64,000 nucleotides of DNA from Somniosus microcephalus (taxonomy: Eukaryota), in the NCBI GenBank assembly GCA_052327205.1, contig CM126206.1, forward strand, positions 44,020,001 to 44,084,000, written 5' to 3'. The notes under the pieces were generated by a model. The model was not told where the DNA came from and did not search any database. It saw only the letters and a list, made by a program, of their open reading frames with translations. The position numbers and the translations under genes are program-made. Of the stretch, positions 61,621 to 64,000 are shown in pieces; the stretch's first letter is position 1; every line of letters starts with the position of its first letter.

Positions 61621-62984
61621 AAGACCACACACTAATAGCTAATGTGGAAGATTTGTTTCTGGCCAAGATAAATGTACAGGCAAGAAGGAAAATTAGACAT
61701 GGCAGAGTAGCATGCTGATGAATGGGCAGAGCTTGCTTTCTTCAGTTTCCATTCCCAACAACCATTTACTGTTCAACTCTTTGAATCCCCAAGAACCTAA
61801 TTTGAATGCAGATCAACCTAATGCAGTAAAAATATGCTCCTGATTGAAACAGGTCATAACTAAATTGAGTAAAAGTCCAGTTCCAGGTCATCAAATAGTA
61901 TGATGGATGCTTGCTGTGGAAAACAAAAATATACCACTTAATGTTGTAAAAAAAGCAGAAGCCAGATCAAAGATTGTTAGAGGTGTGTTGGCAGCAGATA
62001 AATGTTCCTTCATTCATCTCCACACGGAAATAAATTAGAGACTTTTTCCCCATCCCACTCACCCCAAGGGAAACCTTATCCCCACCTCAACATTCCATCT
62101 GAAGCAAGCCTTTAATCCACAGAACACCACCAAAACACAGGTTAATTTACTCTGTTTTCCCCTGGACTATGATGACAAGCTATTGATTCTGTCTATGTAT
62201 GGCCACTGATACTGCCTTTAAACAAAGAAGCAATGGGGAATTACCAATTTGATCTCCGTACATTTTGGCTGTATTTAACAAAGCAAAAAAACAGTGCTTC
62301 ACCTGAACCCAGAGAAGAGTCATGTTTGAGACAAGATAGATTTAGGACTCTTCATATGCCAATATGAATCTCCATCTGCAAATGCAAGTACTGATTGGTG
62401 GCAGAAGAGGTCCTCAAAAAGATGAGAATTCCACAGTTTCTAAGGAAAGACATACTTGTGAATTTCTGATGGCCCTACTGCTGAAAACCCACTGCATGAA
62501 AGTGTCCTAATCATTAGATAATGACAATACTGGTTCTTACTCAGCCATTGTTGAAGTTGCAATACCCCAAAGTCATTTGGTCAAGCAGACTAGATTTATA
62601 TCCATCCAAGTTTGTTTGGGGGGGGGGGGGGGGAGAATCAATTGTGTGGTTGATTGGGACTACAATGCTGCAGTCAGTGCTACATGTTCAATCGTCATTC
62701 AAATTAGATTACATATGCCAGTATACAGGTTTTAAATCAGTGAAACATTAAGCCTCTTCACTTTCAATAGTAATACTAAGCACTTATGTTCATTTTGTAC
62801 AAGTCTATAAAGCTGCAAGACATGAATGGATCCTCCCTCAAAACAAATTGCTACAAAATTACCAGTTTTACCACTGCAGAAACAAATTTGCCCACAAGAG
62901 ATTTTGCTACTCTACCGCTGTAAAAGTCAAATGACAAATTATACCTAACTTTTTCTCTTATTCCTGGCATTCAAAGGATATGGG

Positions 62985-63845
62985 TCAGTGGCAGCATCAT
63001 AGAATTTTACAGCACACAAGGAGGCGATTTGTTAATTTCACCCGAGCCAGAAGGTTGCAGGTTTAAGCCTCATTCCAGATGAGAGTACATAAGGCAAGAT
63101 GACACTCCAGTGCAGTACAAACAGGAGTTCTACACTGTCGGAGGTGCCGCCTTTTGGATGAGACCGTAAACCGATGCCTTATCAGGTGGACACAAGATCC
63201 CATGGCACTACAAGGACCAGTGGCCTGGCCAACATTTATCTTTCAACCAATGTTGAAAACTCAAGAAGCTCAACACCATCCAAGACAAAGCAGCCCGTTT
63301 GATTGGCACCCCATCCACCGCCTTAAACATTCACTCCCTCCACCACCGGCATACCGTGGCTGCAGTGTGTACCATCTACAAGATGCACTGCAGCAACGCA
63401 CCAAGGCTTCTTTGGCAGCATCTCCCAAACCCGCAACCTCTTCCACCTAGAAAGACAAGGGCAGCAGACGCATAGGAACACCACCACCTCCAAGTCACAC
63501 ACCATCCTGACTTAGAAGTATATCGCTGATCCTTCATAGTAGCTGGGTCAAAATCCTGGAACGCCCTCTCTAACAGCACTGTGGGAGTACCTTCACCACA
63601 CGGACTGCAGCGGTTCAAGGCGGCTCACCACCACCTTCTCAAGGGCAATTAGGGATGGGCAATAAATGCTGGCCTTGCCAGTGACGCCCACATCCCATAA
63701 AAACAAATTTAAAAATCCATTAAAACAGATTATCTGATCATTTATCTCATTGTTAGTGCGACCTTACCATGCCTACACTTCAAAAATACTTAATTGGCTG
63801 TAAAGTACTGTGGGGCTCCTGATGTCACGAAAAGCACTATATAAT
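62985..63845 (+). mobile_element. DeuSINE interrupted by a Crack-like LINE 3' fragment (63258-63710)
   Basis: SINE breaks after CCTGGCCAACATTTATCTTTCAACCAA and resumes TAAAACAGATTATCTGATC; the insert is homologous to 31590-32030. Confidence 0.8.
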
Positions 63846-64000
63846 TTATTATGTAAATTTATTTTAAGGAAGAGCCAAAGTAGATGATAACCTACTCCCT
63901 AGAATGCGACTATAAGAGGTCAGTTGAAATCACAATCTCCTAGATAACAGAGCAGAGAAAGAAATTCTATAAAGATGCTGGAATCAGTTTCCCTGTCAGG

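Noticed and set aside
7061-62634. Long G/C homopolymer runs (e.g. 7061, 41070, 41955, 43272, 55792, 62617) as G-quadruplex regulatory elements
   Set aside because: Scattered on both strands, often inside repeats; simple slippage is a sufficient explanation.
1-64000. CRISPR arrays, operons, rRNA or intronic snoRNA/miRNA genes
   Set aside because: Eukaryotic intron-exon DNA; no regularly spaced repeats, rRNA similarity or convincing C/D or H/ACA box pairs with terminal stems were seen.

Overview
Vertebrate genomic DNA, very probably from a shark or other elasmobranch (judged from the repeat families: SacSINE1-like DeuSINEs, HER1/CR1 LINEs, Penelope-derived palindromes). Nearly the whole window lies inside one minus-strand gene, LARP4B (La-related protein 4B). 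I traced 15 canonical coding exons with GT-AG sites and consistent phases, from the MTSDQD start exon (59058) through the PAM2w motif, La module (LaM+RRM) and C-terminal region (to 9209). The last coding exon and the promoter appear to lie outside the window. Main find: a 3.5-kb intact ORF (52466-48981) between the start exon and the PAM2w exon. It has its own Kozak ATG preceded by in-frame stops and a perfect phase-0 donor (ACT|GTGAGT at 49011/49010) that joins in frame to the PAM2w exon. It begins MGCCFSK-ERSPLL-x5-EKTSLL, i.e. a myristoylation/palmitoylation anchor plus two dileucine sorting motifs, the design of the LAMTOR1 lysosomal anchor. This predicts a membrane (endolysosome)-tethered LARP4B isoform with a 1152-aa disordered N-terminal arm. 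The introns are packed with CR1, L2 and Crack-like LINE fragments, DeuSINEs, seven copies of a TA-flanked Tc1/mariner-type MITE, a hAT MITE, a CpG-rich TIR element, a probable solo LTR and a Penelope-derived minimal hammerhead ribozyme motif.
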